Source of the DNA: Ignavibacteriales bacterium
Lineage (GTDB): Bacteria; Bacillota; Sulfobacillia; JABLXB01
Direction of reading: 5' to 3'
Assembly: GCA_050260105.1 (NCBI GenBank)
Contig: JBLNBR010000021.1
Span: 46,245-110,244, forward strand
Length of the DNA stretch: 64,000 nt
Part shown: positions 28,730-37,845 of the stretch, piece by piece
Layout of the letters: each line of letters starts with the position of its first letter
Numbering within the stretch: the first letter of the stretch is position 1
Notes under the pieces: generated by a model
What the model was told of the DNA's origin: nothing
The model's input: the letters and a program-made list of their open reading frames with translations, nothing else
Database searches by the model: none
Translations under genes and position numbers: made by a program

Positions 28730-29305
28730 TCACACCCCCGTTGGGCTACCGCGGTACTCTGCCGGCCTTGGCAGGACCTCGTAGAGATAATGCCCGTTGA
28801 GATGCAGTTGGACGTAGACACTGCTATCGCCAACGAACACCCTATGGCGATCCAGCCCCGCCTCCTTGGCGAGTCGCGCCACCTCGGCGGACATGCCGGA
28901 GAACCTTCCCGTGACAAGCGCCTCCTGGATATGGAAGTGCATCGAATAGTACGCGTCCGAGAGCGCCTCGTCCCGAGAGTCTTCGACGACGACCTTGACA
29001 TCCTGGCCCTTTAAGACTTCTTCCGCGCTGTCCTCAAGGCCGCTGACCGTCTCGTGCAGATCCGGCACGTCTCCCAGCTTCACCCGGACGACTGTGACGG
29101 GCTTCCTCTTCAGCACGGTATAAGAGAGGACGGACGGTGATTGCCTGAACACCTTGTCCAGGGGCTCGCCGACCGTGAACCTGCCGTAGAGCAGGTTGCC
29201 CAGGTACAGCACGGCGAAACTGACTGCTATGCTGGCCACCACCGCGGCCACCTGTCTTGGATTGGGTCTCACCCTCACACCAGCTCCACGCAATGGCATA
29301 GTCAA
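28730..29305 (-). CDS. hypothetical membrane-anchored protein (N-terminal TM helix, ~150-aa extracytoplasmic domain)
   Basis: VAAVVASIAVSFAVLYLGNLLY is a TM helix followed by a charged globular region. The ORF ends 7 nt before the FtsH-like start. The likely start is an internal GTG/ATG a few codons in. Confidence 0.5.
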   Translation of the reverse strand: MTMPLRGAGVRVRPNPRQVAAVVASIAVSFAVLYLGNLLYGRFTVGEPLDKVFRQSPSVLSYTVLKRKPVTVVRVKLGDVPDLHETVSGLEDSAEEVLKGQDVKVVVEDSRDEALSDAYYSMHFHIQEALVTGRFSGMSAEVARLAKEAGLDRHRVFVGDSSVYVQLHLNGHYLYEVLPRPAEYRGSPTGV

Positions 29306-29338
29306 AAGAAATCAACAGTCCAGAACACAGACTGTTGA
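29301..29338 (-). terminator. intrinsic-terminator-like hairpin between rimO and the downstream membrane-protein gene
   Basis: On the minus strand: UCAACAGUC-uguguucug-GACUGUUGA (9-bp perfect stem) followed by UUUCUUUUG. It lies in a ~95-nt AT-rich island. Confidence 0.5.
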
Positions 29339-29399
29339 CATAAGTATATCAGAGTGGATTATTTATGGACACCCGCAACCCCCAGGCAATCCCTGGCGG

Positions 29400-30719
29400 T
29401 CAGGCCAGCGTAGCCCAGAGATCGTACGCTGAAACGCGCGTCACGAGGCCGGTGACGAAACACCCCGGCGCCAGGCCTTCCCCCCTGACCCTCACGACAC
29501 CATCCACCCCGGGGGCGTCCCTGTACGTGCGGCCGACCCACCGGCTTCTCCCGGCCCGCCCCTCGATGAGGATCTCGATCTTCGAGCCGATTAGTCCCTG
29601 GTTGATCTCCCTCGATATCCCCTTCTGCAGCTCCATCGCCCTGCGAAACCTTTCCCTCTTCACCCGAGGAGGCACCTGTGGCTTCATGGCCGACGCCGGC
29701 GTGCCTTCCTCGCTCGAATAGGCGAATACGCCGGCCCTGTCGAACCGTGCCGCCATCATGAACGCCAGCAGTTCCTCGAAATCCCCTTCTCCCTCACCCG
29801 GGAATCCCACCATGAAGGTGGTCCTGATCGCGATGCCCGGGACCGCCGCTCTGAGATTCCGCACCGCGCGCAGGGCGGCGGCCGAGTCGTGGGACCTGTT
29901 CATGCCGCGGAGAATCCTATCGGAGGCGTGCTGGACCGGCATGTCTATGTACCGGCAGACCCGCGGCTCGGACGCCATCACGTCGATCAGCTCGTCGGAT
30001 ATCCTCGAAGGGTAACAGTACATCAGCCTGATCCACCGCAGGCCGCCGGCGCTCGAGATCATCTTTATCAGAGCGGGCAGCCGGGCCTCCCCATACAGGT
30101 CCATCCCGTATGCGGTGGAATCCTGAGCCACCAGCACCACTTCTCTGACCCCGGACGTCGCCAGTCTCTCTGATTCCCTCACGAGTTCCTCCAGCGGCCT
30201 CGATCGGAGGGCCCCTCGTATTGCGGGGATCGCGCAGTATGAACACCTGTTGGAACATCCGTCGGCTATCCGCAGATACGCGGTATGTGGCATGGTAAGG
30301 GGGAATCTGGGGAGCGGCCGGGCCGCCGGATCCCCTGTGGACCAGCGTGGCGGCCTCGAGAACCGCGCCAGGCGTTCGCCGCGGAGGGTGCGGTCCACTA
30401 CGTCCACGATGTTGACGACTTCGCCGATCCCGATCATACTGTCTATCTCCGGCATGTGCCGGAGGAGTTCTTCCCGGTATCTCTCGGACAGGCACCCGGC
30501 CACTATCAACGCACGGCACCTGCCCGTCGCCTTATGCTCAGCCATCTCCAGTATGGTGTCGATCGACTCTCGCTTCGCAGCCTCGATGAAACCGCAGGTG
30601 TTTATCAGCAACGCGTCAGCCTCCGCGGCCTCCGCGGTTATTTCGTATCCGGCTTCCGCCAGTAGCCCGAGCATGTTTTCCGAGTCAACGAGGTTCTTGG
30701 AGCACCCCAGGGACGCCAT
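29400..30719 (-). CDS. rimO: ribosomal protein S12 methylthiotransferase
   Basis: MASLGCSKNLVDSE N-terminus, radical SAM CSNRCSYC and TRAM domain. The ORF is open to 30779. Confidence 0.85.
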   Translation of the reverse strand: MASLGCSKNLVDSENMLGLLAEAGYEITAEAAEADALLINTCGFIEAAKRESIDTILEMAEHKATGRCRALIVAGCLSERYREELLRHMPEIDSMIGIGEVVNIVDVVDRTLRGERLARFSRPPRWSTGDPAARPLPRFPLTMPHTAYLRIADGCSNRCSYCAIPAIRGALRSRPLEELVRESERLATSGVREVVLVAQDSTAYGMDLYGEARLPALIKMISSAGGLRWIRLMYCYPSRISDELIDVMASEPRVCRYIDMPVQHASDRILRGMNRSHDSAAALRAVRNLRAAVPGIAIRTTFMVGFPGEGEGDFEELLAFMMAARFDRAGVFAYSSEEGTPASAMKPQVPPRVKRERFRRAMELQKGISREINQGLIGSKIEILIEGRAGRSRWVGRTYRDAPGVDGVVRVRGEGLAPGCFVTGLVTRVSAYDLWATLA

Positions 30720-30929
30720 TCCCACTTTCGCCAAGTCTTCATCCACCCCCGTGCGCCTGACCGCGGGATCATTACCCACAGATCATATTGCCGGAATACG
30801 CGCGTGTAAAGGGAGCACCCTGCGCGGAGGAGGGATTCACCGGTAACCGGATAATGGATACTGTGCCGGGACAGTCCGCCGGCTCAATGACTCAATACAT
30901 CCTGCTTCACGGGGGTTAGGGGTGGGACC

Positions 30930-32114
30930 ATGGTAAGCGCCGCCGAGTTCGAGTCCTTGCAGCGCGACATAGTCGAGTGGAGGAGGGAGGTGCACCGCAG
31001 GCCCGAGACGGGGATGCATCTCCCGGAGACTACGGCGTTCGTCAAGCGCGTGATGTCCGAGATCGGTGTGAGGGATCTCGGGGCACGCACGGGGGTGGTC
31101 GGCCTCATCGAGGGGGCCCGGCAGGGGAAATGCATAGCAATACGGGCGGACATGGATGCGCTTCCGGTTCAGGAGGACACCGGCCTCCCGTTCGCCTCGG
31201 AGAAACCGGGCGCCATGCATGCCTGCGGCCACGACGCTCACGTGGCGATGGCGCTCGGCGCCGCGAAAATACTCGCCGGTCGCAGCGAGACCCTGGCCGG
31301 TTCGGTCAAGTTCATATTCGAGCCGGACGAGGAGGTCTCCGGTGGCGCCCTCCCCATGATCCGCGAGGGAGTGCTCGAGAACCCGGCCGTGGGCGCCATC
31401 CTGGCATGCCATGTCGGGAACATCTGGCCGGAAGCGAGGACGTCCGGCGCCATCGGGGTCCGGTTTGGGACAATGATGGCCTCTTGCGACGACCTCACGA
31501 TCAGGATCAGGGGCAAGGGCGGTCACGGCGCCATGCCCCATCTCGCGGTGGATCCGGTGCTCGTCGCGGGCCATGTGATCACCGCTCTGCAGAGCATCGT
31601 CAGCCGCGAGGTCAAACCGACCGCCTCTGGTGTCGTCACCATCGGAAAGATCAGCGGCGGCTTCGCGAGGAACGTAATAGCCCCGGAGGTGCTCATGGAG
31701 GGGACGATCCGCGCCCTGGACCCCACCACCCGGGACCTGCTCTGCAACCGTACGGGAGAGATAGCCAGGTCAGTGGCCGCTGCGCTGAGGGCCGAGGCCG
31801 ATGCCAAAGTCAACAGGGGCTACCCGCCGGCGATCAACGACCACGGCTTCACTGGATTCTTCCAGGGGGTGGCTGAGAGGCTCTTTGGGGGCGACTTCGT
31901 TCGCGAAATCCCGGAGTCTTCCATGGGCGCCGAGAGCATGGCGTACTTCCTGGAAAGGGTGCCGGGAACCCTCTTCGGCCTCGGGACCCAATCGGACGAC
32001 GTCCGCACGGCCTATCCCCACCACAACCCGAGATTCGACATTGACGAAGGGGTGCTCTGGAAGGGCGCAGTGGCGATGGCAGAGACCGCAGTAGCCTGGC
32101 TCGCGGAGGCATGA
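30930..32114 (+). CDS. M20D-family amidohydrolase (N-acyl-L-amino acid amidohydrolase / hippurate hydrolase type)
   Basis: HACGHDAH metal site and typical M20D length and motifs. Confidence 0.8.
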   Translation: MVSAAEFESLQRDIVEWRREVHRRPETGMHLPETTAFVKRVMSEIGVRDLGARTGVVGLIEGARQGKCIAIRADMDALPVQEDTGLPFASEKPGAMHACGHDAHVAMALGAAKILAGRSETLAGSVKFIFEPDEEVSGGALPMIREGVLENPAVGAILACHVGNIWPEARTSGAIGVRFGTMMASCDDLTIRIRGKGGHGAMPHLAVDPVLVAGHVITALQSIVSREVKPTASGVVTIGKISGGFARNVIAPEVLMEGTIRALDPTTRDLLCNRTGEIARSVAAALRAEADAKVNRGYPPAINDHGFTGFFQGVAERLFGGDFVREIPESSMGAESMAYFLERVPGTLFGLGTQSDDVRTAYPHHNPRFDIDEGVLWKGAVAMAETAVAWLAEA

Positions 32115-32198
32115 CGCACCGGGAGACAGGGGCGGCGGGGAGAGACTTCCGGGACGCGACCCGCGGGGCCCGGCGCTGAGCCGGGCCTCCGCTTCCCC

Positions 32199-33503
32199 CT
32201 AACCTATCAGCGCCAGCACAGAATCCAGGAGGACTTGTACCCCACGCTCCACGTCCCCGGGAGTGGTGTACTCCTCCGGGCAGTGGCTCCGCCCCTTGAC
32301 ACTGGGTACGAACACCATACCGACCGGTGCGATCATCGCGAGCATGCATGAATCGTGCACCGCTCCGCTATACATATCCATCCACGAGAACCCGCGCCGC
32401 TGCGCCGCATCCCGTATTGTAGAGGTGAACTCCCCGGAGCAGGACACGGGATCGCTCGCCGAGCGGGGCGATATCTTCGCCTCCAGGCCGCGCCCCCCGG
32501 CGATTTCACGAATGAGTCCCTCCACTCTCTCGAGGTGGCGTGGAAGGTGCTCTCCGCAGGGGTCCCTGAGGTCGACGGTGAACCGTACCATCCCCGGAAT
32601 TACGTTTGGCACGTTCGGGGACACGGAAACCCATCCCAGCGTTAGGACGGTAGCGGGCCCCATCTCTCGCTTCGCCGTGTGCTCGAGCCGGACGGCCGCC
32701 TCCGCCATGCAGGCCAGCGCGTCTCTCCGCCCCTGCATGGGGGTCGCCCCCGCGTGGTTCGCGGTCCCCCGGATCTCGACGTCGATCTGGCGTATGCCTG
32801 CTATCCCTTCGACAACGCCTATCGAGACCCCGGCGCCGTCGAGAACGGTTCCCTGCTCGATGTGGAGTTGCAGCATCCCGAGGATCGCCCCCGTCTCCAG
32901 GCGCCCTGGCAGCAGTCTCTCCCCCTCCGTGACGTTCCGCAGGGCCTCCCCGTATGTGATCCCGTCGCTGTCCCTCAGGGACAGCAGCTCGGCCTCTTTC
33001 GCCCGGCCGCTCAGCCCGCAGCTCCCGACCGTCCCGGCGCCGAATCTGAAGCCTTCCTCCTCCGCGAAAATGACCACCTCTAGCGACCTCGCAATCCGGA
33101 TGCCGGCCTCGTGGATGCACCTGGCCGCCTCTATCGCGCCGATTGAACCCACGACGCCGTCGAAAGCGCCGCCATGGGGCACCGAGTCTATGTGAGATCC
33201 GGCGACTAGAGGCGGAAGACCCGGTTCGCGCCCCTCCAGGCTGCCGTGGATGTTGCCCCACTGGTCGGTGACCACCCTCAGCCCGGCCTCCCTCATCCTC
33301 GCGGCCACGTAGCGGCGAGCCATGACGTCCTCTCTTGAGAAGGTCAGTCTCGTCACTCCGGCCCCCGGAGTGGCTGTGTATCCCGCCAGGGTCTGTATGT
33401 CGTTCCAGATCCTCTCTCCATTGACGCGCACGTCGAGCACTTCGCGCACCTCTCCTCGAAGAATCGTCCCGGACCCCGCCCCCGGGGCGTAGGCCCGCCA
33501 CAT
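32199..33503 (-). CDS. Zn-dependent N-carbamoyl-L-amino-acid hydrolase / allantoate amidohydrolase family (M20, AmaB-like)
   Basis: GSHIDSVPHGGAFDG, EEEGFRFG and HAG motifs of the AmaB/AllC family. Start at MWRAY (33503); the ORF is open to 33572. Confidence 0.8.
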   Translation of the reverse strand: MWRAYAPGAGSGTILRGEVREVLDVRVNGERIWNDIQTLAGYTATPGAGVTRLTFSREDVMARRYVAARMREAGLRVVTDQWGNIHGSLEGREPGLPPLVAGSHIDSVPHGGAFDGVVGSIGAIEAARCIHEAGIRIARSLEVVIFAEEEGFRFGAGTVGSCGLSGRAKEAELLSLRDSDGITYGEALRNVTEGERLLPGRLETGAILGMLQLHIEQGTVLDGAGVSIGVVEGIAGIRQIDVEIRGTANHAGATPMQGRRDALACMAEAAVRLEHTAKREMGPATVLTLGWVSVSPNVPNVIPGMVRFTVDLRDPCGEHLPRHLERVEGLIREIAGGRGLEAKISPRSASDPVSCSGEFTSTIRDAAQRRGFSWMDMYSGAVHDSCMLAMIAPVGMVFVPSVKGRSHCPEEYTTPGDVERGVQVLLDSVLALIG

Positions 33504-33511
33504 CTGCCTTG

Positions 33512-34906
33512 CTAGCGCTGTCTCGCTACCGCGCGGCCGGGCAACCTCCCCGTCACGTTGCCCTTCCAGCATACCACCTCGCCGGCGGCCATGACCCCGG
33601 TGAGGCCGTGCGGCGGGCGCCCCGGTTCGTCGTAGGTGGCCGCATCGGTGAGTGTCCCGGGGTCGATCAGCAGCAGGTCGGCGTCCGCTCCTTCCATCAC
33701 TCTGCCCTTGCGAGTGAGGCCCAGTCTTCGCGCCGGAACCGAGGTCATCTTCGCTAGAGCCTCAACGAATCCGAGTAGGCCGTCCCTTACGAACCTGCCC
33801 AGCACGCGCGGGAACGTCCCGGAAGTCCGGGGATGCCCCCTCCCCTCCCGCATCAGGCCGTCACTCCCGACCATGACCAGTGGATGCCGGAGAGCGAGTG
33901 TCACCTCGTCTTCACGCATGACGAACGCCACAACGAGCGAGTCAGGATGATCCCGGCGGGTTTCCTCGAAGGTCTCCCGCGTGCACCTCGTGCCGGCGTG
34001 AGGACCACCAGCCAGGAGCAGGGAGTCGTACCCCACGCCCCACCTTTCGAGGCATCCGGGATCGAACACGGCTGAGCCGATGAAGGTGCAGAAGGCCTCG
34101 TACGGATAGCAGTCGGCCATCACGTCCACGCCGGCGGCCTGTGCCTCCTCCAGCACAGCCAGTGCAGCCGCCATGTTCCCAAAGGCCGCGCAGCTGTTGA
34201 TGTGAGACACCTGGAACGGCACACCCGTCTCGCGCCCGACCTCCACGAGTTCCCGGACGGCCTCTACGGCCCTGTCGCAGTCGTACCGGTAGTGCGCGGC
34301 GAGGAGTGACCCGGGGTACCCCGACACTACACTCGCCACCGCGATCATCTCCTCCGTGGTGGCGCCGGGGGTGTATTCGAGGCCGAACGATACCCCCAAC
34401 GCGCCAGCGTCCATGGCCCTCCTCACCATGTCGCGCATCCGCGCAATCTCAGCGGGCGATGCGGGGCCGTACACGTCGGCGACCCCAGCCGCCTCGCGCA
34501 GCCTGCCGTGTGCGGCGAGCATGCCGTAGTTGAGGGGGGCCCCGTGTTTCCCGATCCAGCCGAGGAACGAGGGGACGTCCTCGCCGATGCCGCAGTTGCC
34601 GCCGATTGCCGTGGTTACCCCCATCCTGGCGTAGTTGTACGCGGAATCCCATTTCACCCCTGCCGAGGGGTCAACAGGGTCCTCGTGGGCGTGAATGTCC
34701 ACGAAACCGGGGACGAGGGTCAGCCCATCGCCCACCAGCAGCTCGCGGCTGGGCGGCTTCGGCTCACCAATGTAAGCGATGGAACCCCGTTCAATCCCGA
34801 CGTTCCGCACCCCGAGCGGCCCTGTCTCCGGGTCCACCACGTGAACGCCCGTTATCAGGGTATCCAGCAAATGACTTCCCCCTCTCGTGATAGAGACCTG
34901 GTGCAC
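33512..34906 (-). CDS. N-acyl-D-amino-acid deacylase (D-aminoacylase, amidohydrolase superfamily)
   Basis: DIHAHED metal motif and the D-aminoacylase hallmark HPRTSGTFPRVLGRFVRD. The N-terminus is uncertain: the ORF is open to 35056, and a GTG near 34906 fits family length. Confidence 0.75.
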   Translation of the reverse strand: MHQVSITRGGSHLLDTLITGVHVVDPETGPLGVRNVGIERGSIAYIGEPKPPSRELLVGDGLTLVPGFVDIHAHEDPVDPSAGVKWDSAYNYARMGVTTAIGGNCGIGEDVPSFLGWIGKHGAPLNYGMLAAHGRLREAAGVADVYGPASPAEIARMRDMVRRAMDAGALGVSFGLEYTPGATTEEMIAVASVVSGYPGSLLAAHYRYDCDRAVEAVRELVEVGRETGVPFQVSHINSCAAFGNMAAALAVLEEAQAAGVDVMADCYPYEAFCTFIGSAVFDPGCLERWGVGYDSLLLAGGPHAGTRCTRETFEETRRDHPDSLVVAFVMREDEVTLALRHPLVMVGSDGLMREGRGHPRTSGTFPRVLGRFVRDGLLGFVEALAKMTSVPARRLGLTRKGRVMEGADADLLLIDPGTLTDAATYDEPGRPPHGLTGVMAAGEVVCWKGNVTGRLPGRAVARQR

Positions 34907-34965
34907 ACGGATTCCCGTGTGCACCAGGGGTTTTTGCGAGACAGCGATCCGCTCCGGCACACCGG

Positions 34966-36423
34966 TTAGGCGTAGCCGATCGCCACGGCGATTACGGTTG
35001 AGGCTATGGCGATCGCCACCCACACCAGCAGCAGGCGCCAGAAGAACTTGACCCACTTCGGCCAGGGCACACCGGCCAGCGCAAGGCCTGCCATGAAGTA
35101 CCCGGACGTCGGCTCGAATATGTTCGTGAAGCCGTCGCCGAACTGGTAGGCAAGGACCGCCGTCTGGCGGGTGATCCCGGTCACGTCGGCGAGGGGCGCC
35201 ATAATTGGTATCGTGGCTGCAGCCTGGCCGCTGCCTGACGGTATCAGGAACTCAATGACCGCCTGGGCGATGTATTGCGCCGCGCCCCGGAGGATCGTGG
35301 GGAAGTAATACACGATCGAAGCCATGCCGAACACGACCGTGTCGATGACCTTCCCCTCCGTGAGGACCACGGCTACCGCGCGCCCGACCCCGACGAGGAG
35401 GGCGCCCGAGAGGAGTTCCTTACACCCGAAGATGAACTCGTCACATATCTTGTCGACGCTCAACCCGCCGACGAGGCCGCCGATGACGGCCAGCGCGGTG
35501 AATATCGCCGACATCTCGGTGAAATACCATCCGAATTTCAGGACGCCGTACACGAACATCGCCATGGTGGCGGCAAACAACAAGAGTACGGCGACGTGCT
35601 TCCCGGTCATCTGCGGAACCGAGTCGAGGTCGAACCCCTTCTCGGTCCTCTGCCTGTCCAGATCGTACATGGGGCTCAGATCGGGCTTCTTCTCAACTCT
35701 CTTGGCCCAGTTGTACACCCACCATGTGGACAGGATGGTGATGACCACCCAGATGACGACCCTGTAGCCCATGCCCGAGAACAGCGGGAGGCCCGCGATG
35801 CCGTGGGCGACGCCGACGGTGAACGGGTTCATGAATGCCGCGGAGAATCCCGCGTTCATGCCCGCCATCACTATCGCCAGCCCCGTCAGCGAGTCCCACC
35901 CGAGCGAGAGCGCGAGCGGGACGAACACGGGGATGAATATAAGGCCCTCCTCCGCCCAGCCGAGGGTCGCTCCCCCGAGGGAGAAGATGACCATGAAGAG
36001 CGGGATGAGCAGTTTCTCCCTGCCCTTGAGCACTCTTAACAAAGATAGTATTCCGACGTTGATTGCCTGCGTCGCTTTCAATACCTGGAACACGCCGCGG
36101 ATGATGAATACGAAGAATATGATCTCTGCCGCATCCATCATCCCCTTGAAGGTGTCAACGAATAACCCCCACGGGGAGACGGGATTGCGGTCCACCAAGT
36201 GGTACGTCCCCGCCACCGCCAGCATCCTGCCTGTCTTTGCGTCCTTCTGCCTGTCGAATTCGCCGGCTGGCAGCACCCAGGTCATCACCACCGCGACGCA
36301 CACCACCAGGAACAACAGGGCCAGCGCGTTCGGGAGCCTGAGCGACCACTTACGTCCGGACACACAACATACTTTACTACGGTCTGGCACACCCTTGGCA
36401 CAATGAATGCCGCCATCGCTCAC
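34966..36423 (-). CDS. YfcC-family (C4-dicarboxylate anaerobic carrier-like) membrane transporter
   Basis: About 12 TM segments and YfcC/DcuC-like signature regions. A likely GTG start is near 36363. Confidence 0.8.
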   Translation of the reverse strand: MSDGGIHCAKGVPDRSKVCCVSGRKWSLRLPNALALLFLVVCVAVVMTWVLPAGEFDRQKDAKTGRMLAVAGTYHLVDRNPVSPWGLFVDTFKGMMDAAEIIFFVFIIRGVFQVLKATQAINVGILSLLRVLKGREKLLIPLFMVIFSLGGATLGWAEEGLIFIPVFVPLALSLGWDSLTGLAIVMAGMNAGFSAAFMNPFTVGVAHGIAGLPLFSGMGYRVVIWVVITILSTWWVYNWAKRVEKKPDLSPMYDLDRQRTEKGFDLDSVPQMTGKHVAVLLLFAATMAMFVYGVLKFGWYFTEMSAIFTALAVIGGLVGGLSVDKICDEFIFGCKELLSGALLVGVGRAVAVVLTEGKVIDTVVFGMASIVYYFPTILRGAAQYIAQAVIEFLIPSGSGQAAATIPIMAPLADVTGITRQTAVLAYQFGDGFTNIFEPTSGYFMAGLALAGVPWPKWVKFFWRLLLVWVAIAIASTVIAVAIGYA

Positions 36424-36443
36424 GGAGTCATTTCCCTTCGCCG

Positions 36444-37670
36444 CTACTCACCCCCTTCGCAGAAAAGGCCCGCGGTCAGGGCGTACACCCTTGACGCGGC
36501 CACCAGCTGCTCCACGTCCACCCATTCGACCCGGGAATGGGCGCATCCGAGGGATCCGGGCCCGAACACAACAGTTGGAATGCCGGCGTGGACTGCGAGG
36601 AATCCCCCGTCGCTCCACGCCGGGAACGCCACGACCGGCGGTTTCGAGCCAGTCACCTCCCCCGCGGCCCTCGACAGGCACGTAACGACGGGGTCATCCA
36701 GGGGCGTCGCGAACGCGAGGTGATCCATCGTCGCCTGACTCGAGGGGATCCTGGCGATGTCCGCCGAGAAATCTGGGTCTTCCTCGGACAGGCGCCTGAA
36801 TATGTCGCGGAAATCGCCCCAGATGGTCTCGCTGGTTTCCGCCGGGGTGGACCGGCGGTCAATCTGAATGCGGCATTCGCCGGCGACTGTGCTGGGTTGG
36901 GTCCCCCCGTCGATCACACCGAAATTCAGCCTCGGGTGACCCAGCAGCTGGTGACCCCTTGACTCAAACCGCGGCACGATTTCCTCCTCGACGGCCCGGA
37001 TGAACTTCGCGGCCTTGGAGATCGCGTTAATCCCCTTTTCCATCTCCCCACTGTGCGCCGCCCTACCCCTAATGGTGACCTCCAGCCAGTCTAGGCCCCG
37101 GTGCCCCGCAGCGAGCCTCAAGTCCGTGGGCTCGCCGACCACGGCGCCATCCGCCTGGATACCCTGCCTGATCACGTGTTCGGTACCCTCACCGCGGAAC
37201 TCTTCATCTATGACGGCGGTGAGTACGATATCGCCGGCCAGCCGGACTCTGGAACGCTTGACGGCGACCATCGCAACCATCATAGCGGCCAGGGCCCCCT
37301 TCATGTCCACCGATCCACGGCCGTAGAGTCTTCCCTCTCTGACCTCGCCGCCGAAGGGATCGATGTCCATCTCGTACGGGGGCACGGTGTCCATGTGGCC
37401 GTTGAACATGAGGGTGCGCCCGCCACCGGAACCCGTGAGCCGGCAAACGACATTGGGCCGTCCATCCGCGGTCACGGGGTCCAGGAAGGTCTCGAACCCC
37501 TCACCCGCCATGAACGCGTTGATGAAGTGAGCGACTTCGGTTTCCACCCCCGGATAGCCGGGATGGCTGGGGATCCTTACGAGGTCGCGGGTAAGCGTGA
37601 CGAGCATGTCTTCGTTTACGAACCGGGCCACGAACTCGGCCGGTCGTCCACTCTCGCGGCCTTCAGTCAT
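36444..37670 (-). CDS. M20-family metallopeptidase (ArgE/DapE/acetylornithine deacetylase-like)
   Basis: NGHMDTVPP, GRGSVDMKG and EE metal-binding pattern. Confidence 0.8.
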   Translation of the reverse strand: MTEGRESGRPAEFVARFVNEDMLVTLTRDLVRIPSHPGYPGVETEVAHFINAFMAGEGFETFLDPVTADGRPNVVCRLTGSGGGRTLMFNGHMDTVPPYEMDIDPFGGEVREGRLYGRGSVDMKGALAAMMVAMVAVKRSRVRLAGDIVLTAVIDEEFRGEGTEHVIRQGIQADGAVVGEPTDLRLAAGHRGLDWLEVTIRGRAAHSGEMEKGINAISKAAKFIRAVEEEIVPRFESRGHQLLGHPRLNFGVIDGGTQPSTVAGECRIQIDRRSTPAETSETIWGDFRDIFRRLSEEDPDFSADIARIPSSQATMDHLAFATPLDDPVVTCLSRAAGEVTGSKPPVVAFPAWSDGGFLAVHAGIPTVVFGPGSLGCAHSRVEWVDVEQLVAASRVYALTAGLFCEGGE

Positions 37671-37705
37671 CCGGCATGGCTCCCTCCCATTTAGGGCGCA
37701 TCACA

Positions 37706-37733
37706 TTAGCACGGAGGATTCTATCTGTATAGT
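37706..37733 (+). promoter_or_regulatory. candidate sigmaA promoter upstream of glcT
   Basis: TTAGCA-16 nt-TATAGT, about 110 nt upstream of the glcT ATG. Confidence 0.35.
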
Positions 37734-37845
37734 TCATCTCCTCTTCGCGCCGCGATCCGGACATCCCGCAGGGGCAGGATCTTCCTGCCTCCTATCGAAA
37801 CAGGTTCCAGGGTTGCCAAAGCCGCCCCCGAGCGAGGGTCCGACC

